From an uncultured Armatimonadetes bacterium (GTDB lineage Bacteria; Armatimonadota; Hebobacteria; Hebobacterales; Hebobacteraceae), in assembly GCA_963716175.1 (NCBI GenBank), contig OY970296.1, positions 2,912,001-2,976,000 of the forward strand: a stretch of DNA of 64,000 bases. Reading direction: 5' to 3'. The notes under the pieces were generated by a model. It was not told the DNA's origin. It saw nothing but the letters and a program-made list of their open reading frames with translations, and did no database searches. Every line of letters starts with the position of its first letter. Position 1 is the stretch's first letter. Both the position numbers and the translations under genes were made by a program. Below are positions 1 to 10,239 of this stretch, one piece after another.

Positions 1-66
1 GAGACCGGGGGCACTGATCCCGCAGAGAGTGGGACCGGGTGCGGGTCCACGCTGCAGAGCCTGGAG

Positions 67-924
67 GTGCAGTTGCTGCCACTGGGTAGCATTCGGGTCC
101 TGAACCCTCGGGGGCGGGAGAGGAGGAAGTTCCGGCAGATCGTTGCGAACATCAGGGACGTAGGGCTGAAGAAACCGATAACGGTGCGGCCGTGCCAGGA
201 CGGCGGGTACGAGCTAGTATGCGGCCAGGGCAGGCTCGATGCCTTCAGACAGCTGGGACAGACCATGGTTCCGGCCATCGTCCGTGACGTGTCGCAGGAG
301 GAGATGCTGCTCATGAGCCTGGTCGAGAACATCGCTCGGAGGAATCCGACTAGCATGGAGACCGTCCGTGACATCGCGGCGCTGCGCGAGCGAGGCTACA
401 GCCAAACGGAGATCGGACAGAAGATCGGGATGGCTCTCAGCCAGGTCAACGGGTTGCTCTACCTATACGACCATGGCGAAAAGCAGCTCATGACGGCAGT
501 TGAGGCCGGAAAAGTCCCAGTCTCGACAGCCGTCATCATCGCGCGCAGCGATCACAGCGAGGTCCAGGCGGCGTTGCTCCAAGCCGCTGAGCGGAAGGAG
601 CTGACGGTTGGCGAACTGCAGCGCGCACGTACACTGGCGGATGCGCACGGGGCTTCCGGCAGGAAGCGCCAGGCCACAGGCGATCGCACCTCACAGCCAG
701 TTACGGGTGACAGCATAGTGAAAGCGTTGCGCCGTGAACAGGCGAAGCACCGCCAGGCTCTCAAGAAAGCAGAGCTGTGCGAGAAGCGCCTAGTCTTTAT
801 TGTCAACGCGTTGCGTAGGCTCTTCAAAGACCATGGCTTCGTGAATCTACTCCGTGCGGAGGCCCTGGAGACCGTCCCGGAGTACCTGGCCGAGCGGATC
901 AAGGATGGAGGCGCCAATGGCTGA
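67..924 (+). CDS. ParB/RepB-family partition-like protein (ParB N-terminal domain, HTH, RepB C-terminal region)
   Basis: Motifs IRDVGLKKPITVR, LVCGQGRL and SLVENIARR are typical of ParB/Spo0J. GGAGG RBS precedes the GTG start. Confidence 0.85.
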   Translation: MQLLPLGSIRVLNPRGRERRKFRQIVANIRDVGLKKPITVRPCQDGGYELVCGQGRLDAFRQLGQTMVPAIVRDVSQEEMLLMSLVENIARRNPTSMETVRDIAALRERGYSQTEIGQKIGMALSQVNGLLYLYDHGEKQLMTAVEAGKVPVSTAVIIARSDHSEVQAALLQAAERKELTVGELQRARTLADAHGASGRKRQATGDRTSQPVTGDSIVKALRREQAKHRQALKKAELCEKRLVFIVNALRRLFKDHGFVNLLRAEALETVPEYLAERIKDGGANG

Positions 925-2014
925 TGAGAAGGCGGCGAACTCGCTGAGCGGACCGGCAGCTGACTCTGGAGGCAACGCGGCCTGCATGCCGGCCCAAGAG
1001 GATATGGCCCAGGAGGCCACCGAGGGTGCGGGTGCTGGCCGTGAGACCGGGGTGAATCGCGACGACCTGCCTGCTGCTGCTCTGGCCGGTGGACTGGGTG
1101 ACAGTCCAGCCAACAGCCAAGGTGAACGAGTCAAGCTCGGGTTCGAGCTTGGTGTCGTCTCCATCCCGCTCTCGCAAATCCTCCCCTCCAAGCCCCTGGG
1201 TGAGCAGGCCAAGAGGTCGCATAAGTATGCGGCGGTGGTTTCCTCTATCCAGGAGATCGGGATAATCGAACCCCTGGTGGTGTACCCGATGAGGATGGGC
1301 GGAACAGATCCACCGGGCCAGTACCTTCTGCTAGACGGCCATCTGCGCATTGAGGCGCTCAGGGAACTGGGCCGTGAGGAAACGCTCTGCCTCATTGCCA
1401 CTGATGACGAGTCTTACACCTATAATCACAAGGTCAACCGACTCGTCCCGATACAGGAGCACTTCATGATCCTGAGGGCCCTGGAGCGAGGCATCGGTGA
1501 GGAGCGCATCGCCCGGGCGCTGAAGGTCGATGTTGCGCATATTCGGGAAAAGAGGGACCTGCTCCGAGGCATCTGCACCGAGGTCGTCGTCCTCCTCAAA
1601 GAGGCACCCATCGCGGCCAGTGCACTCCAGCTCCTGCGGGCGGTCAAGCCGACGCGCCAGGTGGCGATCGCCGAGATGATGAACTTGGTTGGGAACTACA
1701 GCAGCACATACTGCCGAGCTCTGGTTGCGGCAACGCCTCAGGAGCAGCGTGTTCGCGCTCGGAAGAGAAGTGCGAAGATGGCACTCAGCGCAGACGAGGT
1801 CGCTCGCATGCAGCGCGAGGAAGATGCCCTGCAGAGCGGTTGGCAGGCCCGCGAGGAGACCTACGGGCAGGACTTCCTGAACCTGGTGGTCGCTCGCGGG
1901 TACGTGTCCAGGCTGCTGGGCAACGCCCGGGTGATGCAATTCCTCTCAGACCAATACCCGGATCTGCTGGAGGGCCTCCGGCAGATAGCGGAGTCAGCAA
2001 GCCTGGAAGGGTAA
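917..2014 (+). CDS. Second ParB/RepB-family protein
   Basis: SIQEIGIIEPLVV and LLDGHLR ParB box. C-terminal YGQDFLNLVVARGYVSRLLGN resembles the RepB C-terminal region. ATG 917 follows GGAGG and overlaps the upstream stop. Confidence 0.85.
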   Translation: MADEKAANSLSGPAADSGGNAACMPAQEDMAQEATEGAGAGRETGVNRDDLPAAALAGGLGDSPANSQGERVKLGFELGVVSIPLSQILPSKPLGEQAKRSHKYAAVVSSIQEIGIIEPLVVYPMRMGGTDPPGQYLLLDGHLRIEALRELGREETLCLIATDDESYTYNHKVNRLVPIQEHFMILRALERGIGEERIARALKVDVAHIREKRDLLRGICTEVVVLLKEAPIAASALQLLRAVKPTRQVAIAEMMNLVGNYSSTYCRALVAATPQEQRVRARKRSAKMALSADEVARMQREEDALQSGWQAREETYGQDFLNLVVARGYVSRLLGNARVMQFLSDQYPDLLEGLRQIAESASLEG

Positions 2015-3020
2015 GTGCATTGGCGCGCCGGGAGCGTGCTATCCGCCCCAACGCCGGTCGCAGAAGCGGCCAGGCCGAGCGCGCCCAACTGGACACAGTC
2101 GCGATGCGTCAGGGGCACCGGTTCTGCCTGGCATGTCAGGTCCTGCCGGTGTTGCAGTCAGTTCGATCTGGATTGCCAGTTGCTCCCCAGCATGCCAGTC
2201 AGCTTCCATGTCGTCGCCTGCGTGGACACGCCAAGTTCACAATGGTCGACCCTCCGCGAAGCGTCGCGCACGGAACCGAGGGCTCAACGGGGAGGCCGAT
2301 TGCCCCTGCTCCGTCCTTGACCAATCGTCATCGGCTACTGGTGCCTTCCCGTGAAATAGCTAGCTCGCTGGGCTGACCCTGTCTGCTATGCCCAAGGGCC
2401 GGCGCGGTTGATCCGCAGCGGGGTCGGCCTAGACGTTACCTTTTCGCTCGAGCTAACAGCCGCTGTTGGCAACCCACCGGTTAGGCGATCTACTGCAGCC
2501 AGTCATCCGCGGAGCACTCCCAAGAGGCTGGAGAGCCACAAGACCGCCAACCGTTCCAGGGCAAACGGGCATTTGTGGCAACGAAAGTCCAGTTATGTCG
2601 CCAGTGCAGCTACGCGCGCTAGAGGCGAGCCTATCACATGATACGCAATGACCATCTGGTGAGCGGACCAGTCAAGGCCCCCGCCGCCAAAGCTGAGATC
2701 TTGGTGGCCTGGGTCCACTCTTCGGCTCCATGACCTGAAGCGGCAGCCCTCGGCACACCGAGCGGACGTCTGTTGTACCTACCAGGCGGCGATGAAGCTC
2801 ATGGTGACCCCCCGAGACGGAGCGAAGCACGGGCAGGTATTGGCCGGCGTGTTGGCATGACCCACCTGGCAACCGGGTCGGCGTCGAGAGTTGCCCCGCG
2901 ACAGATGATTGCCAGGAACCGAGAAGAGGGATCTGAGGGGCGAGGCGACCCGACTTCGCTCGTCCAGGGTGGCTCAGAGGTGGCCGCCGACTACGGGCCA
3001 GCTGCGGATGCCGGCTGATG

Positions 3021-3064
3021 GACGAGGTTGGTCGCATGCACCGCGAGGAAGACGCCCTGCAGAG
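3021..3064 (+). repeat. Degenerate 44-bp copy of 1793-1836 (inside the second parB/repB gene)
   Basis: gacgaggttggtcgcatgcaccgcgaggaagacgccctgcagag vs gacgaggtcgctcgcatgcagcgcgaggaagatgccctgcagag; 4 mismatches in 44. Confidence 0.8.
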
Positions 3065-3161
3065 GTGTACGCATGTGACCCTCCAGTCGGACTGTGCGCG
3101 CCCAAAGCGTCGGCCTCGCTCGGCAGGACTGCGGCAGCCGTACCCAACGAACCGGGCTCTA

Positions 3162-3170
3162 TGCTATAAT
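3162..3170 (+). promoter_or_regulatory. Extended -10 promoter element TGcTATAAT
   Basis: Perfect TGnTATAAT in GC-rich DNA, ending 17 bp upstream of ATG 3188 at the head of the plus-strand glycan operon. Confidence 0.55.
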
Positions 3171-3187
3171 GGCTAAGAACTGATGCC

Positions 3188-3565
3188 ATGCCCACGACGC
3201 GTTTTCAGCGTAGCAGCGCTGCTCCCGGCGTCACGGGCGAGAACCCAACCGTTGGCATCCTGATACGGGACCGGCTGGGCAATGACATATGGGGCACCAA
3301 CACCTATGGCCTGGGCCGGGGGACCGGAGCCTTTGGCGCGGGTGACCGGCTGGAGGTGAGGTGGGCCTTGGACATGGACATCGGCCCCGGGCAGTACACT
3401 GTGACGGCGGCGGTGCACACCGAGGACGTGCACCTGTACCGCTGTTTTGACTGGGCAGACGCGATGCTTTCCTTCCAGGTGCTGCCGCGGACCGACTACC
3501 ACTTCATCGGGGCCGCCCACTTGCGCCCCCAGGTTTCTTTTCGGCGCGGCAGAGGGAGTCTCTGA
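3188..3565 (+). pseudogene. wzt: Wzt C-terminal carbohydrate-binding domain fragment; ABC ATPase domain missing
   Basis: NPTVGILIRDRLGNDIWGTNT...GPGQYTVTAAVH...DW...F.V matches the Wzt_C pattern. No Walker A/B region upstream in the window. Confidence 0.7.
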
Positions 3566-3575
3566 TCTCGCCTCC

Positions 3576-3998
3576 GTGATCGCGGCCCTCTATCCCGAGG
3601 CACCGCGGTCGCTGGATATGCGGGATGAGAAGCATCTGCTGCAAGGATGGTATCACGTAGAGGACGCAGGCGGCCGGCCCATGCGCTGGACCAAGGGGGA
3701 GTTCGCTTTCGTGCTGCGGGGGCCGGCGAAGGCGGTCGGCCTGGCGGCTTCCTGCCAGCGGGGCGATATTCGCGAGCGGCCGGTGCGGGGGCGGGTGTGG
3801 GTCAACGGGGCAGAGGTGGGAGAGTTCCAACTGGACTCGAATCAGCTCAGGACCGTGAGGATCCCGGTTGACCTGGAGACCGACGCGCCGGTGAAGGTCG
3901 AGGTTCGGCTGGATGGCACCTGGGTGCCAGAAGAGCACGGCTTCAAGGGGGACCGGCGGGAGCTGGGGATCTTCGTGGCGAGAGCATGGACGGAATAG
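3576..3998 (+). CDS. Small beta-sandwich protein of the GWY..E...RWT / D.R.LG type found in glycan loci
   Basis: QGWYHVEDAGGRPMRWT and GDRRELGI motifs. A related module ends the 7711-10239 protein. Start codon uncertain. Confidence 0.6.
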   Translation: MIAALYPEAPRSLDMRDEKHLLQGWYHVEDAGGRPMRWTKGEFAFVLRGPAKAVGLAASCQRGDIRERPVRGRVWVNGAEVGEFQLDSNQLRTVRIPVDLETDAPVKVEVRLDGTWVPEEHGFKGDRRELGIFVARAWTE

Positions 3999-4014
3999 GA
4001 GCGGGGGAGATCAC

Positions 4015-5412
4015 ATGCCTGACCAACTTTTCGAGATTCACGATGACCAGATCAACGTGGACGAGATCATGAGCCGGATCCAGGAGCGAGCCCGGCAGCG
4101 CACCCTGCAGGGGCCGATCCCGAGCGGGGCCACGGCCCCTCGGACAGCATCACTCCTGCCCGCCGCCGCTTATCCCTCGGGCGATGAGGTCCGGAACCTG
4201 GAAATCCTGAACGCGAACTTCGACCCCGAGAGCACGCTCCCGGAGCGCACGCGCTTGCGTGGCCTCAAGCGCTTGGTCTTCTGGGCGGTCAGGGCCTTCG
4301 CGCGCGCTCAGGCCTCCTTCAACGCGGCGGCGACGGCGCTTCTGTCCAAACAGGTGGACCAGATCAGCGCCGTGGTCCAATGTCTGTCCGCGCTGGAGGA
4401 GAGAGTCGGCGGCCTCGATGAGCTAAGAGGCGTGATGGACAACCGCGTCACGGATCTTGAGAAGGCGCTGGATGGGCTCTGTGCTGGCCTAGCCGGAAGG
4501 GAAGTGGGCCCGGATGGCCGGGTAGCTTGCCTGAAGGCGGCCGCGGCCGAACTCCACGAGTTGGAGGATCATGAGCGCGCGCTCGGCCAGCGTCACGAGT
4601 TGCTGCGCCAGGAAGTGCTGCTGCAGAAGAGACGGCTGGAGCTGATTCTGCGCGAGGTGAGGCGGAAGATGGGGCTCGATCGCGAGACCGCATCCCGGTT
4701 CCGCGAGCAGGAGGAGCGGCTGTCAGACCATCTGTTCGTGCTGCACGATCAGACCTTCCGTGGAACAGATGAGGAGATCCGCCAGCGAATGGCGATCTAC
4801 ATGCCGGTGTTGGCAGAGCGGCGGGCGCAGGTGGGCGAGGACGCGTATGTCCTGGACATCGGCTGCGGCCGCGGTGCCCTGCTCGAGCTGCTCCGGGAGG
4901 CCGGCATCCCTGCCCGCGGAGTCGAGCAGAACGAGGAAGCGGCCCAGGTCTGCCGCGACAAGGGACTGACGGTAGCCCAACGAGATGGCCTCGCCGAGCT
5001 TGCCTCCCTTCCCGACGAGTCCCTACTGGGCGTGACGGCATTGCATGTGGTCGAGCATCTGGCGCTGCCGGACCTACTGGAGTTCATCAAGCTCTGCCAC
5101 CAGAAGATCCGGCGGGGCGGCGCGCTGGTGCTGGAGACACCCAACCCCACCAATCTGGTGGTGGGAGCGGCCGAGTTCTACCTCGACCTGACGCACCGGC
5201 GCCCCATCCATCCGCTGGCGCTCTCCCATCTCGTCGAGAGCCTAGGCTTTGTGGACGTGGAGCTGCGCAATCTCCAGCCGGCCGAGCCCGAGCTGCTGCT
5301 GCGCCTCACCTCAGGCAGCACCGGTGACCTGGCGACAGAGAATGAGAACTGGAGACGGCTCAACGATCTCCTGTTTGGCCCAAGAGACTATGCTGTCATC
5401 GCCACCCGATGA
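4015..5412 (+). CDS. Coiled-coil plus class I SAM methyltransferase (glycan chain-terminator type)
   Basis: Heptad-rich N-terminal half, then FRG, VLDIGCGRG, HVVEHL, ETPNP, FYLDLTH and DYAVIA motifs. Confidence 0.8.
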   Translation: MPDQLFEIHDDQINVDEIMSRIQERARQRTLQGPIPSGATAPRTASLLPAAAYPSGDEVRNLEILNANFDPESTLPERTRLRGLKRLVFWAVRAFARAQASFNAAATALLSKQVDQISAVVQCLSALEERVGGLDELRGVMDNRVTDLEKALDGLCAGLAGREVGPDGRVACLKAAAAELHELEDHERALGQRHELLRQEVLLQKRRLELILREVRRKMGLDRETASRFREQEERLSDHLFVLHDQTFRGTDEEIRQRMAIYMPVLAERRAQVGEDAYVLDIGCGRGALLELLREAGIPARGVEQNEEAAQVCRDKGLTVAQRDGLAELASLPDESLLGVTALHVVEHLALPDLLEFIKLCHQKIRRGGALVLETPNPTNLVVGAAEFYLDLTHRRPIHPLALSHLVESLGFVDVELRNLQPAEPELLLRLTSGSTGDLATENENWRRLNDLLFGPRDYAVIATR

Positions 5413-5448
5413 GCATGAGGGATGAGGGGTCTCCGCGGCCGGCGGCGC

Positions 5449-6516
5449 ATGAACGCCATCCACCAACTGGTCACCGGGTTCACCTCCGGCGACGCGATCA
5501 GCAATGATGCCCGCACGATACGCTCTGCCCTGGAAGCATGGGGATACTCGTCACGGATCTTCGCGGTGCACATCAATGAGCATCTCGCACCGGAGGCTCG
5601 GCCCTACCAAGAGCTGGCCAACTGCCTCCACGGCAGCAGCGGTGTGATCCTCCACCACTCGATCGGCTCAGCGGCCACCCGCGCTGCGCTACAGGCCCGC
5701 GCAAAACGCATGCTCATCTACCACAACATCACGCCAGCCGAGTTCTTCGAAGCCTTCGATCCTCACAGGGCCGCTCTCCTGAGGCAGGGACGCGAAGAGC
5801 TGCGCCACCTGCGAGGTCGCTTCGACCTGGTGATGGCAGATTCCGCGTACAACGCGGCCGAGCTGGCAGAGCTGGGCTACGAAAGGGTGGAAGTGGTGCC
5901 AATTCGGATCCGCTTCGACGATCTGGCGGAGCCAACAGACCCCCAGGTGTTGGCCGCGCTGTCGGGCCCGGAGCGCAAGATCACCTTCGTGGGGCGCATC
6001 TCGCCCAACAAGAAGCAGGACGACCTGGTGACGGCGTTCGCCTACTATCAGCGGATCAACCCTCGTTCCCGGCTGTTTCTGGTAGGCGATTTCCTGCCCA
6101 CAGAGCGCTACTACCGCGCCGTAGTCCAGCTCATTCGGGATACCAATGCCACCGGAGTCGTGCTCACCGGGAAGGTCAGCCAGGCGCAGCTCAATGCGTA
6201 CTACCAATCCACTGACCTGTTCGTCTCCATGAGCGAGCACGAGGGCTTTGGCATCCCGCTGGTGGAGGCGATGCATTTCGGCATACCTGTGCTGGCCTAC
6301 AAGGCGGGCGCGGTTCCTGAGACCATGGGTGAATCGGGTATACTGGTCACCGAGAAGCGCTACCTTGAGATGGCGGAAATGATGGACCTGTTGATCGAGG
6401 ACCAAGGGCTGCGGGAGCGGATCATCGCCGGTCAGCAGCGGCGCCTGCGAGACTTTCTGCCCGACCGCGTCTTGCCTCAGCTCAGGGCCGCGGTGAAGGA
6501 GTTCGCCGCTCTATGA
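5449..6516 (+). CDS. Glycosyltransferase family 4 (GT-B)
   Basis: GDAISN, YHNITP, FVGRISPNKK and SEHEGFGIPLVEAM motifs. Confidence 0.9.
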   Translation: MNAIHQLVTGFTSGDAISNDARTIRSALEAWGYSSRIFAVHINEHLAPEARPYQELANCLHGSSGVILHHSIGSAATRAALQARAKRMLIYHNITPAEFFEAFDPHRAALLRQGREELRHLRGRFDLVMADSAYNAAELAELGYERVEVVPIRIRFDDLAEPTDPQVLAALSGPERKITFVGRISPNKKQDDLVTAFAYYQRINPRSRLFLVGDFLPTERYYRAVVQLIRDTNATGVVLTGKVSQAQLNAYYQSTDLFVSMSEHEGFGIPLVEAMHFGIPVLAYKAGAVPETMGESGILVTEKRYLEMAEMMDLLIEDQGLRERIIAGQQRRLRDFLPDRVLPQLRAAVKEFAAL

Positions 6517-7703
6517 AAGTCGGCTTCGTGGTGCAGCGCTACGGCAGCGAGGTTATTGGCGGCGCTGAGTACCTCTGCCGGCAGGTCGCGGAACACATGG
6601 CCAAGCACTGGGAAGTAGAGGTGATCACCACCTGTGCTCGGCTTCACACCACCTGGCGCAATGAGTACCCTCCCGGCGAGCGGACAGCAAACGGCGTCGT
6701 GGTGCGTCGGTTCCTGGCAGATCGCGAGCGTGACCAAGCAACCTTTTCCCGGCTGTCACAGCGGGTCCTGCTCGGCCTGCCCCACAGGCTCGAAGAGGAA
6801 GTGGAATGGATGCAGGCCCAGGGCCCATACTCCACGCCGCTTCTCCAGTACCTGAGCAAGCATAAGGCTAGCTACGATGCTTTCCTCTTCTACACCTATC
6901 TCTACTGCACCAGCTACTTCGGCCTCCCCTTGGTGGCGGGCAAAGCTCTGCTGGTCCCGGCCACTCACGACGAGCCCATGCTCCGCCTCTCCATCTTCGA
7001 TGAGTTGTTCCATCTGCCCCGCGCAATCATCTTCCTGACTCCGGAGGAGCAGCAGTTAGTCCACCGCCGCTTTGGCAATCGTGGGATTCCCCACACCATC
7101 ACTGGGATCGGAATGGGCGCACCGCGCGACTCAGACCCAGGCCGCTTCCGCCATCGCTACGGCATCTCGGGCCCTTTTGTCGCGTATCTGGGTCGCGTGG
7201 AGGAGGGGAAGGGCTGTCTTGAGATGCTGGACTTCTTCCTCTCGTACCGTGAGCGCAGGCAGGAGGAGGTGACGCTGGTGCTGATGGGGCCATCCATCAT
7301 GCCGATCCCAGACCGGCCGGACATCGTCCACCTTGGCCCGGTGGATGAGCAGACCAAGCAAGACGCGCTGGCCGGGGCCGAGGTGCTGATCCAGCCCTCT
7401 CCCTACGAGAGTCTCTCCATTGTGATCCTGGAGGCTTGGCTGGCCGGGACCCCGGTGCTGGTGAATGGTCGCTGCGCGGTGTTGAAGGGGCAGTGCCGTC
7501 GCTCCCAAGGCGGCCTCTGGTACGAGAGCCGATACGAGTTTGAGGAGGCGCTCTCACTGCTGCTCGCTGACCCGGCTCTGCGCCAGCGCCTTGCCGCCGA
7601 CGGGCGCCGCTACGTGGAGGCGAACTACTCCTGGGACAGCATCGAGCAGAGATACCGGGAGATTGTGGCCAGGGCGCTGCCGGAGACTGTGGGTGGGGTG
7701 TGA
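6513..7703 (+). CDS. Glycosyltransferase family 4
   Basis: GGAE, YLGRVEEGKG and PSPYESLSIVILEAW motifs. ATGA overlap with the upstream gene. Confidence 0.9.
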   Translation: MKVGFVVQRYGSEVIGGAEYLCRQVAEHMAKHWEVEVITTCARLHTTWRNEYPPGERTANGVVVRRFLADRERDQATFSRLSQRVLLGLPHRLEEEVEWMQAQGPYSTPLLQYLSKHKASYDAFLFYTYLYCTSYFGLPLVAGKALLVPATHDEPMLRLSIFDELFHLPRAIIFLTPEEQQLVHRRFGNRGIPHTITGIGMGAPRDSDPGRFRHRYGISGPFVAYLGRVEEGKGCLEMLDFFLSYRERRQEEVTLVLMGPSIMPIPDRPDIVHLGPVDEQTKQDALAGAEVLIQPSPYESLSIVILEAWLAGTPVLVNGRCAVLKGQCRRSQGGLWYESRYEFEEALSLLLADPALRQRLAADGRRYVEANYSWDSIEQRYREIVARALPETVGGV

Positions 7704-7710
7704 TTGGCGC

Positions 7711-10239
7711 ATGGAGCAGCGAATCGCGATATCAGCCTTGCTAGTCCTCCTCTTGCTGCTGCCAGGCCCGCTCGCCTGGTACCTGGCGAGTTGCCGGCGG
7801 CGAGCGGCTTACTTGCTTGGGCCTGCCACTGCCTTCATCGCGCTCGTCACCAGCCTTGCGATCACCTCCATCATCGGCATCTGCCTGCTGTCGGCGGGGC
7901 AGTTCCGGGTGCGCTGGTTGCTGACTCTACATGGGCTGGTAAGCCTGGCCCTGCTCTTCGCTGTGCTGAGGGCCGGCCGGCAACCGATTCGCCTGCACCG
8001 CGCGCGCCAAGGGTTGAAGGGTCTGGCCACCGGGCTCCTGCTCCTGGGGCTGCTGGTCACGGCTGCAGTGCTGCGGATTCCGCCCTCTTTCTATGTTGAT
8101 GGCGGCCAAGATCAGGGCGTGTACGTCAACATGGCCGCGCACTATGCCAAGCACCATACCCTCTTCATCCACGATGATCTGCTGGAGCGCGCCTACTCGG
8201 GCAGCAAGGCAGAGCGCGCGGCGCTACAGCCTCTGTTACCCCTCGCCTCACATCCGGTTCCAGGCCGCGTGGAAAGCTGGAGATACCCGGGACTCTACAT
8301 TGGGGATTCAGCAAGCGGCACCGTGGTGCCTCAGTTCTACCATCTGCATCCCATGTGGATGTCGCTGTTCTGGCTCATGTTTGGGCCTGCGGGCTCGGTC
8401 TACGCGGTCGCCCTGTTCGCGCTGGTGGCGTTGATGGCGATCTACTTCCTGTGTCAGGAGCTCTTCCGGACCCGCTGGGTGGGAGTGCTGGCTGTCGCTC
8501 TCCTGGCCGTCAACGTCCTTCAGGTGTGGGTGAACCGCTACCCGGTGTCGGAGACGGTTGCTCAGTTCTGGCTGTTCGCCGGGCTGTTTCTCTATGTGGA
8601 ATGGCGGCGAACCGACAGCGCGGGCGAAATGTGGCTCTCTGCTGCCTGCCTGGGCCTGTACGCCTTCACTCGCTTCGCTGCTCTGCTCATGCTGCCGGTT
8701 TACATCCTTGCGTTCTGGTTAGGCGAGGAAAGGCGAAGGGATTACCTGTTCTACAATCTGCTCTTCGCTTTCCATGTCTGGGCCTTCGCGCACGCAACCG
8801 CCTTCTCGTTCCCGTATCTGCGGGACCTCTTCTACCAGCACGGCCTTTGGTACGCGGTGGAGCCATGGCAGGTGGTGATCATGGGACTGGCAGCGATAGC
8901 CCTGCTGAACCTGGCCAAATGGTCGTTTCAGAGGGTCCTATGGGATAGGTTGGGCGAAGCGATCCTGCGCTACCGGGCGCTGCTGGTGCTGGCTGTCGCT
9001 ATCGTGGCGGCCGCGCTGTTGGTGAGACACTTGGTGCTCACCCGGGCTCCCGCCTCCATGCGGCTGGTGCAGTTCAGTTGGTACATCACCGCCCCAGGCC
9101 TGGCCGCCGCTCTGATTGGCTCCTACCTCATCATCCGCCACTGGGTGGCTGCTCGCGACCGGATGCTCCCGGCGGGCTTGATGGTGGCAGTGGTACTATT
9201 CCAGTTCGTGATCCAGCGCACTAATGGTTACCAGTTCTACTACGCCAGGTACTACGTCTCAGAGGCGCTGCCATTCTGCGCCATCGCGCTGGGATTCTTA
9301 GTGGTGCGGCTAGTTCAGAGCAGACGGGTGTGGGCGCGGTCCGTGGGTGCAGTGAGCGTGATGGGGCTGCTTTCTGCCTACCTGGTTCCGTACACGTACA
9401 ACCCGGCCTTTCGAGTCCGGGAGCTAGACGGCCAATACGATACCATGCGCAGCATCGCCCACTACCTGCCTGGGAACAGCGTGACGTTTGTAGCCGTTGA
9501 TGGCAGCGTGCCACTCACCGACACCGGTGCCCTGGCCACCGGGCTGATGCACGTCATGGATCGCTATACACTTCCGGCTAGCGATCCGGCCCGCGTATTC
9601 GCGGCCGTTCCCCTTATCAGGTCGCTGGGGAAAGCAGTCTACTTGCTCCAGGCCTCAGCCGACAGGCAGATCGAGGATCGCTCTCTGGAAGTCGCGAGCA
9701 CCTGGATCGCCGCTGGCAAGGGCAGGCTAGTCATCTCCGAGCATGAACTCGCGGTGCCGGAGAAGACGGTCTCCTGTGCGGTACCGTGGAAACTGTACGA
9801 GCTCCGCGTACGGAGCGCGGGCGAACCTTGGGCGGTCCGCTATGACAGCAGACTTGTCTCCGTCTCTAACCTCGACACGGCCGAAGGTTTCGGCTGGACC
9901 AGGGGCCATGCCAGCATCGCAGGCATTCGCACCCCGGCGGCCACTCCCCTTACCTTGAGGGTCATTCTCAATCATCTTTTCCCGGTGGAGGTCAGCCCCC
10001 GCGTCCAGGTCGTCGTCAACGGGGCCACTGTCTTCGACCGCGTGGTCTCGGGCACATCACTGCACGACCAGGCAGAGATCGGGCCTATTCGGGTGCCGTC
10101 CTCGCTGAACCGGTCGCCGCTCACAGTCGAGCTGATCTCCGACACCTGGTGCCCCGCTGAGCTGTGGCCAGACAGCACAGATTCCCGCAGGCTGGGACTA
10201 GACCTGGTGGAACTCAAGTTCGCGCGAGCTGAGCCATGA
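7711..10239 (+). CDS. Multi-pass membrane GT-C-like glycosyltransferase with extracytoplasmic C-terminal beta-sandwich
   Basis: DGGQDQGVY acidic loop after TM segments, PQFYHLHP, RYPVSE, many hydrophobic helices, C-terminal WTRG...DSRRLG. Confidence 0.7.
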   Translation: MEQRIAISALLVLLLLLPGPLAWYLASCRRRAAYLLGPATAFIALVTSLAITSIIGICLLSAGQFRVRWLLTLHGLVSLALLFAVLRAGRQPIRLHRARQGLKGLATGLLLLGLLVTAAVLRIPPSFYVDGGQDQGVYVNMAAHYAKHHTLFIHDDLLERAYSGSKAERAALQPLLPLASHPVPGRVESWRYPGLYIGDSASGTVVPQFYHLHPMWMSLFWLMFGPAGSVYAVALFALVALMAIYFLCQELFRTRWVGVLAVALLAVNVLQVWVNRYPVSETVAQFWLFAGLFLYVEWRRTDSAGEMWLSAACLGLYAFTRFAALLMLPVYILAFWLGEERRRDYLFYNLLFAFHVWAFAHATAFSFPYLRDLFYQHGLWYAVEPWQVVIMGLAAIALLNLAKWSFQRVLWDRLGEAILRYRALLVLAVAIVAAALLVRHLVLTRAPASMRLVQFSWYITAPGLAAALIGSYLIIRHWVAARDRMLPAGLMVAVVLFQFVIQRTNGYQFYYARYYVSEALPFCAIALGFLVVRLVQSRRVWARSVGAVSVMGLLSAYLVPYTYNPAFRVRELDGQYDTMRSIAHYLPGNSVTFVAVDGSVPLTDTGALATGLMHVMDRYTLPASDPARVFAAVPLIRSLGKAVYLLQASADRQIEDRSLEVASTWIAAGKGRLVISEHELAVPEKTVSCAVPWKLYELRVRSAGEPWAVRYDSRLVSVSNLDTAEGFGWTRGHASIAGIRTPAATPLTLRVILNHLFPVEVSPRVQVVVNGATVFDRVVSGTSLHDQAEIGPIRVPSSLNRSPLTVELISDTWCPAELWPDSTDSRRLGLDLVELKFARAEP

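Noticed and set aside
2015-3020. Short ORFs in the post-parB spacer
   Set aside because: No RBS or motif support; better explained as decayed DNA.
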